64,000 bases of DNA, taken from positions 85,436,001-85,500,000 of the forward strand of contig NC_043006.1 of NCBI RefSeq assembly GCF_006345805.1. The letters run 5' to 3'. This DNA comes from Octopus sinensis. Its lineage: Eukaryota. A model generated the notes under the pieces. It searched no databases. It was not told the DNA's origin and saw only the letters and a list, made by a program, of their open reading frames with translations. This document shows positions 36,730-48,967 of the stretch, piece after piece; the stretch's first letter is position 1, and the number at the start of each line of letters is the position of its first letter. Position numbers and translations under genes: made by a program.

Positions 36730-38611
36730 CTGTAGAAAGATTTAAAAAGAAAAGAAAAAAAAACTGATAAAGTATTGTTTTATTGAGAAATATGTGTTAC
36801 ATACTTAATATCCTTTCTACTATAGGCACAAAGCCCAAAATTTTGAGAGAAAGAGCTAATAGATTCCATCAACCCTGAAAGGATGAAAAGCAGAGTTTGA
36901 GCACAGCAAGATTTGAACTCAGAAAGCAAAGCCAGAAGAAAAGCATTTCATCCAGTGTGGTAACAATTCTGACAGCTTTTCTAATCTAGGCACGAGGCCC
37001 GAAATTTTGGAGGAGGGGGCCAGTCGATTTGATCGACTCCAGTATGCAACTGGTACTTAATTTATCGACCCCGAAAGGACGAAAGGCAAAGTCGACCTCG
37101 GCGGGATTTGAACTCATAACGTAGCAGCAGACGAAATACTGCTAAGCATTTCGCCCGACATGCTAACGTTTCTGCCAGCTTGCCACCTTAATAATAATAA
37201 TAATCCTTTCTACTATAGGAACAAGGTCCAAACTTTTGTAGGCAGGAGTTAGTTGATTACATTGACTCCAGTGCTCATCTGGTAACTTATTTTATTGACC
37301 CCAAAACAATGAAAGGCAAAGTTGACCTTGGCAGAACTTGAACTCACAATGTACAGATGTATGAAATGCCACTAAACATTTTGCCAGCATACTAACTGTT
37401 CAGCCAGTTTGCTGCCTTAATAATAATAATAATAATAATAATCCTTTCTACTATAGGCACAAGGCCTGAAATTTTCAGGGAGGGGTTTAAGTCAATTACA
37501 TCAACCCCAGTGTCTAACCTCCACATCACATATATATATGTATATCATCCTTCAATCCTACCCAACTTCTAAATGTGGGTAAACATACAGCTCTTGTACA
37601 AGAACCTGTTTTGCACTCAACACCTTCATACTTTAACTCCTCATCCCCTAGCATAACCCCACTCCAACCTCCCTCAAAATTCATAGTCTTGTGAGCTGCT
37701 CAATAGTGCTGTAAAGTGGTAGGTCTTAGGAAGGGCATTCAGCCAGCAGTAGAAGCCATGCCAAATACATTGGAGCACAATGCAGTCTTTACATCCATCA
37801 GATCCTGTGAAACTGTCCAAAATATGCCAGAATGGAACATCATCATCACCCTTTAATGTCCACTTTTCATGGGACATTAATTGATGATGATCACATTCGC
37901 ACCTTGTCTCAACATTGTGTCCCTTGGTTGTAAACGGCACATCATCGTCTTATAAGGGCTATAATTTGTTTCCAATCATCTGTGGAAACATGTCCAGTCA
38001 TAATGAAAGTATTAGCTTGCTTTGGAAAAGTGGCAGAAAGGAAGGACATCTATTCATTGAAAATGTGTCAGTGAATTCTATCTGACCCATGCAAGCATAC
38101 AAAAGAGGATGTAAAAATGATGAAAGCAAAACAAGAGATGTCTACAATTAATGTAATTGTCTACATAGCATAAATATAGAACCTTAGTTGGATACCATCC
38201 AGTCTATTAAATAAAACCCAAACTAACAAGTGTGGCACCTTGGGCAAGTGTCTCCTACTATAACCTTGGGCCAACTAAAGATTTGTGAATGAATTTGGTA
38301 GATGGAAACTGAAAGAAACCCATCGCATATATATATGTGCGTGTGTCTGTCCGCTACCACCTCTTGACAACTGGTGTTGGTGTGTTTACGTCCCCATAAC
38401 ATAGTGGTTTGGTAAAAGAGACCAATAGAATAAGTACCAGGCTCAACGAAGAAAAAAAAGTACTGGGGTCAATTCATTTGAATAAAACCTTTTCAAGGTG
38501 GTGCCCCAGCATGGCCACAGTTTAATGACTGAAACAAGTAAAAGGTATGAACTCAATTATTAAAGAGCTAAATTAGATAAAGAAAAAGAGAAGAAAAGCA
38601 TGTCAACATAC

Positions 38612-38676
38612 CGGTCACCATCATCTCGAAGGGAACACAGATTTGAGCTGAGTAATTCAGGTACCATGTCTATTCT
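38612..38676 (-). CDS. DIS3: DIS3 exon 13
   Basis: RIDMVPELLSSNLCSLRDDGD(R)-gtatg; 65 nt. Confidence 0.95.
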
Positions 38677-39000
38677 CTAGATATTAGAACACAAAGAATT
38701 AATTTATATAAAATATCAAGTAATTAGTGACAAAATTCATCAACCCTTTAGCATTTAAATTGACAATATCCGGCTCAAATATTCTAATTAATTTTATGTT
38801 CAAACTGGCCATATTTGGCCTCTCTCACACACCCTGCAATGTTATTCTAAAATTAAGCAATCACATCATCATAATCTTGGAGCTTCGAGATAAAGCATGC
38901 TTAATTCAAAATAGTTTGAACGTATAAGCATTGTATTTGACAGAAAAATCTGAATGCTAAAGGTTAATGAAAGAATTGGTTCAATGATGCAATTAGTTAC

Positions 39001-39102
39001 CTGATCGGTCAAGTAGACTGTTGTTGCTCTGTGTTTGGCCTCATCATCTAAAGCTGTGTACGGGCGGATGAAATGGGATACATCGGCAATGTGGACACCA
39101 AC
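39001..39102 (-). CDS. DIS3: DIS3 exon 12
   Basis: [34 protein letters not shown]-gtaac; 102 nt. Confidence 0.95.
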
Positions 39103-40196
39103 CTGAAACAGACCACTGAGTTATAAGAACAGCAGAATCGATACAGATCAATAATGGTCTTAATTGCAGGCATGGCTGTGTGGTAAGATGCTTGCTTACC
39201 AATCACATGGTTTTGGGTTCAGTCCCACTGCATGGCACCTTAGGCAAGTGTATTCTACTATAGCCTCAGGCCAACCAAAGCCTTGTGAGTGGATTTGGCA
39301 GATGGAAACTGAATAGAAGCCCATTGTATAGAGACCAATAGAATAAGTACCAGGCTTACAAAGAATAAGTCCTGGGGTTGATTTCTTCGACTAGAAGGCA
39401 GTGCTCCAGCATGGCTGCAGTCAAATAACTGAAACAAGTAAAAGAAGAAAAGAATAGTAGCTGAAAAAAAAAGATGTATGTGTGTGTAAATCCTTTAATC
39501 TAGTTATTGATTTCCTTTTCCCTTCAATAATGTTATGCTATGCTGTACATTTGATTTATTATTCTTCATACATTTCATCTATATTGTCCTCATCTTCCTT
39601 TTTACATCCACCCTTTCATGGTTGCATGGGTAAGATGGAATTCATCGAAGTACATTTTCAATGCCTGGATGTTTTTCCTGTCACCAACCCACACCTGTTT
39701 CCAAGTCAAGTGATATTTCCCGGATGACAGGACATTAGCACAAAATTGAAACAAAGGACACTGCGTGAATGATGATCCACTTGCTTAAAGCTATCATCTG
39801 ATGCCAAGACAAGGAGAAACAACATGCACACACACATGCATATGTGTGTGTGTCAGCATATATATGTATATGTAAATGTATTTATGTATATATACATATA
39901 TATCATCATCATCGTTTAACGTCTGCCTTCCATGCTAGCATGGGTGGGAAGTTTCACAAGAGCTGACCAGACAGAAGCCTGCACCAGACTTCTGTGACTG
40001 TTATGGCAGGATTTTTACAGCTGGATGCCTTTCCTGACACCAACCACTCAACAGAGTGGACTTTTTACATGGCATAATCACAGGTGTGGTCAGTTTTGGC
40101 AAGGTTTTTACAGTTGGATGTCCTTCCGAACACCAATATATATATACATACATATGCATGTATATATATATATATATATATTCACACACACACACA

Positions 40197-42604
40197 CATC
40201 ATCATCATCATCGTCGTTTAACGTCCGTTCTCCATGCTAGCATGGGTTGGACGGTTCGACCGGGGTTCTGGGAAGCCAGAAGGCTGCACCAGGCTCCAGT
40301 CTAATTTGGCAATGTTTCTACAGCTGGATGCCCTTCCTAACGCCAACCACTCCGTGAGTGTAGTGGGTGCTTTTTACGTGCCACCTGCACAGGTGCCAGG
40401 CGGGGCTGGCAACGGCCACGGTCAGATTGGTGTATTTTATGTGCCACCGGCACGGAAGCCAGTCGAGGCGGTGCTGGCATCGGCCACGAGTCGGATAGTG
40501 CTTTTTACGTACCACCAGACCAGGGATCCTGGCTGGTTCAATTCGATTTCGATTTCGCTTGCCCCAACATGTCTTCACAAGCAAAGGGGGTTGGCAAGGG
40601 TGCCTGTCGTACGGTCGCATTGGAGTATTTTACGTGCCACGGCCACGAGTCGGATAGTGCTTTACGTACCACCAGACCAGGGATACTGGCTGGTTCAATT
40701 CGATTTCGATTTCGCTTGCCCCAACATGTCTTCACAAGCAAAGGGGGTTGGCAAGGGTGCCTGTCGTACGGTCGCATTGGAGTATTTTACGTGCCACGGC
40801 CACGAGTCGGATAGTGCTTTACGTACCACCAGACCAGGGATCCTGGCTGGTTCAATTCGATTTCGATTTCGCTTGCCCCAACATGTCTTCACAAGCAAAG
40901 GGGGTTGGCATGGGTGCCTGTCGTACGGTCGCATTGGAGTATTTTACGTGCCACGGCCCCGAGTCGGATAGTGCTTTTTACGTACCACCAGGCCAGGGAT
41001 CCTGGCTGGTTCAATTCGGTTTCGATTTCGATTTCGATTTCGCTTGCCCCAACATGTCTTCGCAAGCATGGGGGGGTTGGGATGGGTGTCTGTCGTCGGA
41101 TGAGGTTCTATATCGACTTCGCTTGCCTCAACCGGTCTTTGTGTCCAAGGGAGGAAAGGCATTCATAAGTGGGCTGGGCTCACTTGTCCTGCCTGGTCTT
41201 CTCACGTACAGAATATTTCCAAAGGTCTCGGTCTCTGGTCATTTCCTCAGTGAGGCCTAAAGTTCGAAGGTCGTGCTTCACCACCTCGTCCCAGGTTTTC
41301 CTGGGTCTACCTCTTCCACGGGTTCCCTCAACTGCTAGGGATTGGCACTTTCTCACACACCTATCTTCATCCATTCTCGCCACATGACCATACCAGCGCA
41401 ATCGTCTCTCTTGCACACCACAACTGATGCTTCTTAGGTACAACATTTCTCTCAAGGTGCTAACGCTCTGTCGAGTATGTACACTGACATTACACATCCA
41501 TCGGAGCATACTGGCTTCATTCCTCACGAGCTTACGCATGTCCTCAGCAGTCACAGCCCATGTTTCGCTGCCATGTAGCATGGCTGTTCGTACACACGCA
41601 TCATACAGTCTGCCTTTTACTCTGAGCGAGAGGCCTTTAGTCACCAGCAGAGGTAAGAGCTCCCTAAACTTTGCCCAGGCTATTCTTATTCTAGCAGTTA
41701 CACTTTCAGCGCACCCACCCCCACTACTGACTTGGTCACCTAGATAACGGAAGCTATCAACTACTTCTAGTTTTTCCCCCTGGAAAGTGACGGAAGTTGT
41801 TTTCTGCAGATTTTCGGAGGTTAATGCTCCCGAGCATCTGCCACATACAAAAACTATCTTCCCAGTTAGCCTACCTTTGACATTGCTGCACCTCTTATGT
41901 GTCCATAGCTTACACTGGGTACATCTTATAGAGTTTCTACCTACACCTTTTCTACAGATCGAGCAGGGCCATCTTCCTGAAGATATTTGTGGATTGTCTA
42001 CCTTTCTACTTATTAGTACTTTGGTTTTAGCTAGGTTGACTCTAAGGCCCCTTGATTCTAAACCCTCCTTCCACACCTGGAACTTCTCCTCCAGTTCTGA
42101 TAGTGACTCAGCAATAAGAGCAAGGTCGTCAGCGTAGAGGAGCCTCCAGGGACAGCCTGTCTTGAATTCCTCCGTAATTGCCTGGAGTACTATGATAAAT
42201 AGGAGGGGGCTGAGTACTGAACCCTGGTGGACCCCAACCTCTACTTTGAATTCTTCTGTGTACATGTTGCCAACCCTAACCTTACTTACGGCATCTCTGT
42301 ACATGGCTTGCACAGTCCTCACCAGCCATTCATCTATCCCTAGTTTCCTCATTGACCACCAGATAAGGGATCGGGGGACCCTATCAAAAGCTTTCTCCAT
42401 GTCAACGAAAGCTAGGTACAGGGGCTTATCTTTGGCTAGGTATTTCTCCTGCAGCTGCCTTACCAGGAATATAGCATCAGTGGTACTTTTTCCTGGCACG
42501 AACCCAAACTGCATCTCATCTAAACTAACTCTCTCTCTAATTAGTTGGGCTATGACCCTCTCCGTAACCTTCATTACTTGATCCAACATCATTACTTGAT
42601 CCAA
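40197..42604 (-). mobile_element. Young 5'-truncated RTE-clade LINE in DIS3 intron 11
   Basis: Stop-free 474-codon RT frame (41180-42604: QFGF, FVDMEKAFDRV, GVHQGSVLSPLLF, LYADD, FRYLG, LHGSETW, RLRWYGHV, GRGRPRKTW), about 1-kb 3' UTR, (GAT)n tail, 30-bp TSD (TA)10TTCACACACA at 40161-40190 and 42605-42634. Confidence 0.95.
40482..41095. repeat. About 157-bp tandem repeat (nearly 4 units) in the RTE 3' UTR
   Basis: Units start ggccacgagtcggatagtgc at 40482, 40641, 40798 and 40955 (the last with a substitution). Confidence 0.95.
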
Positions 42605-43177
42605 TATATATATATATATATATATTCACACACATAAATGTATGTATACACACACACACACACACAAACATGTACATATGTGTGTAAGATAAATGTCTTC
42701 AACTATATGTTGGGCTGACCAAAGCCTTGTGAGTAGATTTGGTAGATGGAAACTGAAAGAAGCATGTTGCATATATGCATATATTTATGTGTGTGTCCAC
42801 CATCACCACTTGACAACTGGTGTTGGTTTGTAACTTAGCAATTCAGCAAAAGATACTGATGAAATAAGGCTAGGCTTAAATAAAAAGTCTTGGGGCCAAT
42901 TTGTTCGACTAAATCCATCAAGGTGGTGTCCACAGCAACGCTGCAGTCCAATGGCTGAAACAGGAAAAAGATAAAAGATATGAAAGGCTTCTTTCAGTTT
43001 CCATCTATCAGATTCACTCACAAAGCTTTGGTTAACATCACTTTACATATTTTGGTTAACTTTGCTCAAAGGATTTGTTAAACATTTATCTTATTTATAG
43101 TTACTGCAGTGCTTCCAGCAAATTACAACTTTTTTACCAGAGAAATACAACAAAATAAAATAAAAAGTTTACATTAC

Positions 43178-43294
43178 CTCATAATTACCATTCTCTAAGA
43201 GTCTGCAGTGAAGTGCATCATCAATATCAGTACAGCCGGGAGGATCAACACTGCAGATATTGATATGACGAATGTCTTGTCTTTGTTTCAAGTC
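43178..43294 (-). CDS. DIS3: DIS3 exon 11 (RNB catalytic motif)
   Basis: [39 protein letters not shown]-gtaatg; 117 nt. Confidence 0.96.
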
Positions 43295-43434
43295 CTGTAA
43301 AATTGAGAAACTTTTTGTATCTCTGTAACTTAGCAGTTTTGCAAAAGAGACTAACAGAATAAGGACAAGGTTTAAGAAAAAAGAGCACAGCAATCCACAG
43401 ACTGAAACAAATAAACAAATATAAATTGTTTTAC

Positions 43435-43581
43435 CTCATCTGTTATGATCCATGGCAACTTTGGTAAACACTCAAGCACTCTTTGAGAAAAATCAGAATG
43501 GGGGACATCATGTTCCAATAATAGGACTTCATTTTCAGTATCTTTATCTCCAATTGGACCCAGTTTCTTGACAAAATGTCC
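43435..43581 (-). CDS. DIS3: DIS3 exon 10
   Basis: [28 protein letters not shown]...LPWIITDE-gtaa; 147 nt. Confidence 0.95.
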
Positions 43582-44776
43582 CTTTAAAGCAAATAAAAAA
43601 CCATAACCATGACAGATAAAAAGAGAATTAAGACAGTTAATATTTCTAAATTAATAATTATTTCAACCCATGCCAGCATGTAAAACGGACATTAGATGAT
43701 GATGATGATTTAACCTTTTGATATCTGGCACCATTTGATCTGTAATACTAAACTAAAGGTTTTGTTGCTTCCCTATATAGTTGTATTTCACTCACTGCAT
43801 TTCCTTTTCGTTTTATCATCTAATGTCTTTTTCCCTGCTGGCATAGGTTGGATGGTTTGACTGAAAACTGGTAAGCTGCACCAGGTTCCAATCTGTTTTG
43901 GCAGTGTTTCTACAGTTGGATGCCCATCCTAATGCCAACCACTCCAAGAGTGTAGAGGGTGTTTTTTAAGTGCCAGTTACGAAACACTGGCATCAGCCAC
44001 AACTACGATCTCATTTGGCTTGACAGGTCTTCTCAAGCACAGTATATTGCCAAAGGTCTTGGTCACTGCCTCCACAAGGCCCAACGTTTGAAGGGTGCTT
44101 TTTACATACAACTGGCACCACTTGTGAATTCTCAGCTTATGCACCCTGTCCAATCCTTTGTACCACTCCACTTACATTCACCTCCTTGTACACTCCAGCA
44201 CATCACCACCATCCGTTGTCTCTGACTAGAGTAACCATCTGTCTCCTCTACAGGAAGACACCTATTTCAGTGTCTCTATCATAGTTTAACCTCTCATCAT
44301 CTGGCACAAAGCCATGTCACTCAATACCACTTTCCCTCTCAGTTGAGAGATCTCTGTCTTGCAAGTTATTTGGTGATCTTACTGGGGCTGGTGCCATTTA
44401 AAAGACAACCAATGCACTCTATAAAATGGCTTTCCTGTAAAGGAAAGGCATCAAGTCATAGAGATCATCCCATAGCAGACAGTAGCGGTTGGCAGTCTTC
44501 TACTTTGCAAGCTCCTGTCAAATCGTCTAATCCAACCCAGCAAAGAAGACAGATGCTAAATGATGATGATGTTGAACCCTTTTGATATCAACCTACCAAA
44601 TACTGCCCCAATTTTCTGAATGTTAATTTATGTTCCAGGCACCAACTAGTTAATGTCAAAGCTATTTTCAAAATTCTTCAATATTTTCAAAATTAATGGA
44701 AACAAAAATAGTGTGTTTCAACAGAAATATAGTAAAAAAAAAAAAAAGTCAAGAGAAATTAATACAAAGTGCTTAC

Positions 44777-44914
44777 CATAGGAAATCGTGAATATTGGGG
44801 CCATTTATCAATGACAACTATAATACGTTGTGCAACAAGTTCCTTGCCTTGTTCAGTGCGGATCTGAATTTTAGGAATTAACTTATTTGCTGGGATGAAG
44901 AGATGGGTCTTTTT
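44777..44914 (-). CDS. DIS3: DIS3 exon 9 (CSD2)
   Basis: KKTHLFIPANKLIPKIQIRTEQ...RIIVVIDKWPQYSRFPM-gtaag; 138 nt. The acceptor is AAG after a poly-T tract. Confidence 0.9.
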
Positions 44915-45051
44915 CTTCATAAAGAAAAAAAAAAAAGAACCATAAATATATTTATATATTAATAACAAATAAACAATTAAATGAAATAAAAACAATATTT
45001 GCAGGGATTAAGAGAAAAGGTCACTTTCATTAAAAAAAAAACTACATTATA

Positions 45052-45215
45052 GGCGCAGGTGTAGCTGTGGGGTAAGAATTTTGCTCTACAACCACATGGT
45101 CCTGGGTTCAGTTCCACTGCATGGCACCTTGGGCAAGTATCTTCTGCTATAGCCTCAGGCCAATCAAAGCCTTGTAAGTGGATTTGGTAGATGGAAACCG
45201 AGAGAAGCCCGTTGT
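45052..45215 (+). mobile_element. tRNA-derived SINE, family ggctgtgtggtaagaag. Other copies at about 18700-18860, 38230-38545, 39170-39450, 54655-55045 (+) and 1045-1190, 23180-23540, 26130-26500, 26700-27120, 45580-45725, 49120-49270 (-)
   Basis: tRNA-like head (ggctgtgtggtaag...ggttcagtcccac) followed by ggcaccttgggcaagtgtcttctactatagcc...gatttggtagatggaaactgaaagaagccc; many dispersed copies. Confidence 0.85.
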
Positions 45216-45216
45216 A

Positions 45217-45248
<32 letters not shown>

Positions 45249-46716
45249 TTAAGTTGTCAAGCTATTGGAGGGGACAAACACAGATTCAAAGACACACACA
45301 CACACATATATATATGTATACATACGACAGGCTTGTTTCAGTTTCTTATTTCTCTACTGCCCACAAGGGGCTAAACATAGAGGGAACAAACAAGGACAAA
45401 GAGATTAAGTCGATTACATCGACCCCAGTGCATAACTGGTACTTAAATTATTGCCCCAAAAGGATGAAAGGCAAAGCCGACCTCGGTGGAATTTGAACTC
45501 AGAATGTAAAGACAGATGAAATACCGCTAAGCATTTCGCGCAGCATGCTAACGTTTCTGCCAGCTCGCCGCCTTTTCAGTTTCTGTTAACCAAATCCACA
45601 CATAAGGCTTTGGTTAGCCTAAGGCTATAGTAGAAGACCCTTGCCCAAAATGCTGCACAGTGGGACTGAACTCAGGACCATGTAGTTGAGAAGCTAACTT
45701 CTTACCACACAGCCATGCCTACACCTATATTTATAAATATATATTCATCATTTAAGGTCTATTTTTCCATGTCAGCATGGGTCAGGCAGAATTTGTTAGG
45801 GGCTAGTTTTTTCTTGGGCAAATGCTCTTCGTTCTGCCAACCCTTCCGTTTCCAAGCAAAGTAATATTCACCAGTTTTCCATGCAATCACACAAAGCATA
45901 TATGTTAACAATGATGGCTCAGTGGTTAGTGTCTGACTCACAATCATAAGGCAGTGAGTTGTGTTCTTGAGCAAGACTCTATTTCACGTTGCTCCAGTTC
46001 ATTCAGTAGTAGAAATGAACAACATCACTGGTGCCAAACTGTATTGGTGTTTGCTTTTCCCTTGGACAACATTGGTTGCATGGAGAGGGGAGGCTGGTAT
46101 GCATGGCTGACTGCTGGTCTTCCATAAACAACCTTGCTCGGACTTGTGCCTTGTTGGGTAACTATCTAGGTACAATCCCATGGTTATTCATGACCAAAGG
46201 GGCTCTTTACTCTATGTAGTCGAGAATGTTTATTACACTCTTTTACTCGTTTCAGTCATTTGACTGTGGCCATGCTGGATCACCGCCTTTAGTCGAGCAA
46301 ATCGACCCCAGGACTTATTCTTTGTAAGCCTAGTACTTATTCTACACTAGCACTGATTTTATTCCTATGTATGCATTGCTGGGGCATATCTGCACATAGA
46401 TTTTACACCATATGCATATAAGTTGCAGACTGGTGGTATGATTCACCACAAAAATGGCAAAACACCACTGCCCATCATTCCTGGATGGGATTGGAGGCAA
46501 GTTGTCTCACCTGTCCATGACTTCCAGATGTTTTAACACCTGGCATTTTGAGGGAGTAATCACTACCATGCCAAATCCACTTGCAAGACTTTGGTCAGCC
46601 TGGGATTATAGTAGAAGGACACTTACCCAAGGCTATATGGTTGGGAAGGAAGCTTCTTAACAACACACCCAAGCGTGCACCACATGTAATTCCATATTAG
46701 AAAATCGTTACTTTAC

Positions 46717-46845
46717 CTCCTTTATATCTGATAGCTGAAGAATGCCACAGTAATTTCGTCTGTTCTGCCGTATAATACCAACAATACGCCCAGTTGTTTG
46801 ACGCTTTTCTTTTGGAACTTTGTTGATGGACTTTTTAATTTCATC
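46717..46845 (-). CDS. DIS3: DIS3 exon 8
   Basis: catcag-DEIKKS...TTGRIVGIIRQNRRNYCGILQLSDIKE-gtaaag; 129 nt. Confidence 0.9.
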
Positions 46846-46894
46846 CTGATGGTTGATAAGAGAGTAGAAAGCAGATAAAACTGATTAAAAAAAA

Positions 46895-47620
46895 ACAATT
46901 GAGATGAAATCGTTGCAGATAGAACTTTTCAGAGTGACCATGCAGCCGACACTCTGAAGCAGGAGTGAAGAACAGCTCTTTCGAGAAATTACACTTTCTG
47001 CTTATGATGTTGTGAGCAAGAATGAGATCACCATGGCATTGTCGTTTTTCTAGAGAATAAAGGTCGAGCGTCTTCAGCCTTTCTTCATAAGACAAATGCT
47101 TGAGACCAAGAACCATGTGGGTAGCCAGCTTCTGGACTCTTTCGAGATGCTGTATGTCTTTGAGGAGATAAGGAGAAGAGGCTTCAATCCCGTACTCCAA
47201 TATGGGTCTCACCAGCGTGACATAGGGCGGTAGGAATATGGCTGCTGTGAGCATTCCGAAAGACCGTCGAATCAAAAACAGAACTCTGCGTGCTTTGTTG
47301 TCAGCATGGACACACTGGGCCAAAGGCGAAAAGGAAGAATCCACCAAGATACCCAGGTCCTTTACCTGGTCGGTCCTCTCCAGCAGCAGACGACCTGACT
47401 CGAAATCAAGTTGAGTTGCAGGAGAAGAGCCAACAGGCAGATGACAGCACTTTGACACGTTCAGACACAGGTCCCATTCGTTAGACCATCTCCAAACTTG
47501 GTGGCGGCATCGACAAAGATCATCTATATCACCGCGGGGAGCGACCAGTTTGACATCATCGGCAAATAAAAGGGTGTGTTGCGTGAGGTCGTCGGGCAAG
47601 TCATTTATGAAGACTAAAAA
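46895..47620 (-). mobile_element. CR1-clade LINE RT fragment
   Basis: LFADDVKL, LNVSKC, KDLGILVDS, YVTLVRPILEYG, LERVQKLAT...LSYEERLKTLDLYSLEKR..GDLI. Confidence 0.88.
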
Positions 47621-47659
47621 CTAAACTAAACATTATAGGAGAGGGTATTGAAACAGTAA

Positions 47660-47703
<44 letters not shown>

Positions 47704-48820
47704 TTTTAATATGAGGAGAGATGGAGCAGAAAAATTCAGGTTGACAAAGAAGAAAAAAATTAAAATGTGACATTAAGAGAAGAGAATCTATTTAAAGAGA
47801 AGGAAAAATACCATCTGGCAAGATGCGATAGAGTGGGGTATATTTACAATCAAACAAAGTGGACGTAAACATTGAACCTCAAAAACAGGAAATGAAAGGC
47901 AGGGGTAGAAATAGACACTGTTTTTCTATATATCACTGGCAGGGAGATGAGTTGCTGCTATCTCTAGCAGCTGAGTGTTCATCACTGACAAGACCAAGGA
48001 AGGTTGAAATCATGTGATCTGGTGGTCCCAGTGCTGGAGACGGCAGGGATTTATCTCCCTATTAATGATATAAACAAGAGTGCATTTTGCACCAAAAACC
48101 AATACAAGAGTTTCTTTCATGGTATCTACCACTGTAAAGTTTGTTCTAACAGAACGTCACTGTTTAATAAATATTACCTCTTTAATAATATATTTTATAC
48201 CTTTTGCATTTAAATTACTCTGTCAAACGTAATATTTAATTATTCTTTTACTCTTTTAGTTGTTTGTCATTTTGACTCCGGCCATGCTGGAGCAGCTTTG
48301 AGATTGTTTACTTTTAGAATGACATTGTAGGGTCCGTGTGAGAGAAAGAACATAAGACAGGTAGAAATAATAGATATTAAGAAGAAAGAAAGAAGGGTAT
48401 ATATAAATGTTTAAATGTAATTAATGAAACCAATAATAAAAATTTACAAGACTGACTGGCACTCCACCGGTTGCAATGACAAGGGTTCCAGTTGATCCTA
48501 TCAGAGGAACAGCCAGCTAGTGAAATTAACCTGCAAGTGGCTGAGCACTCCACAGACATGTGTACCCTTAACATAGTCCTCATGGAGATTCAGCACGACA
48601 CAGAATGTGACAAAGCTGGCCCTCTGAAATACAGGTACAACTCATTTTTGCCAGCTGAGTGGACTGGAGCAACGTGAAATAAAGTGTCTTGCTCAAGGAC
48701 AAAACACATTGTTGGGAATTGAACTCACAACCTTATGATCATGAGCTGAATACCCTAACAACTAAGCCATGCATGTTCACTAAAACATATATACATACAC
48801 ACATATAAATAAATAAATAC

Positions 48821-48967
48821 CTCTACTTCTTCTTCCTTCTTTTCGTCTGCTGTATTTTCCATTATAATGGAGGATGGACAAGTCCATTCATCTTCAGGTA
48901 AGATTTCAAGAGCAACGATGTCCTCATTGACAGCACGATTAAGGTTTTCACGGCCAACAACTAAAAC
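48821..48967 (-). CDS. DIS3: DIS3 exon 7
   Basis: VLVVGRENLNRAVNEDIVALEILPEDEWTCPSS...EVE-gtattt; 147 nt. Confidence 0.93.

Noticed and set aside
40482-41095. Regular repeats as a possible CRISPR array
   Set aside because: Whole 157-bp units repeat with no unique spacers, there are no cas genes, and the context is a eukaryotic LINE UTR.
40234-41260. Several 80-245 aa ORFs with repeated peptides
   Set aside because: By-products of the GC-rich tandem repeat; no domain signature.
45052-45125. tRNA genes suggested by A-box/B-box motifs
   Set aside because: They are SINE heads continuing into SINE bodies; no complete cloverleaf.
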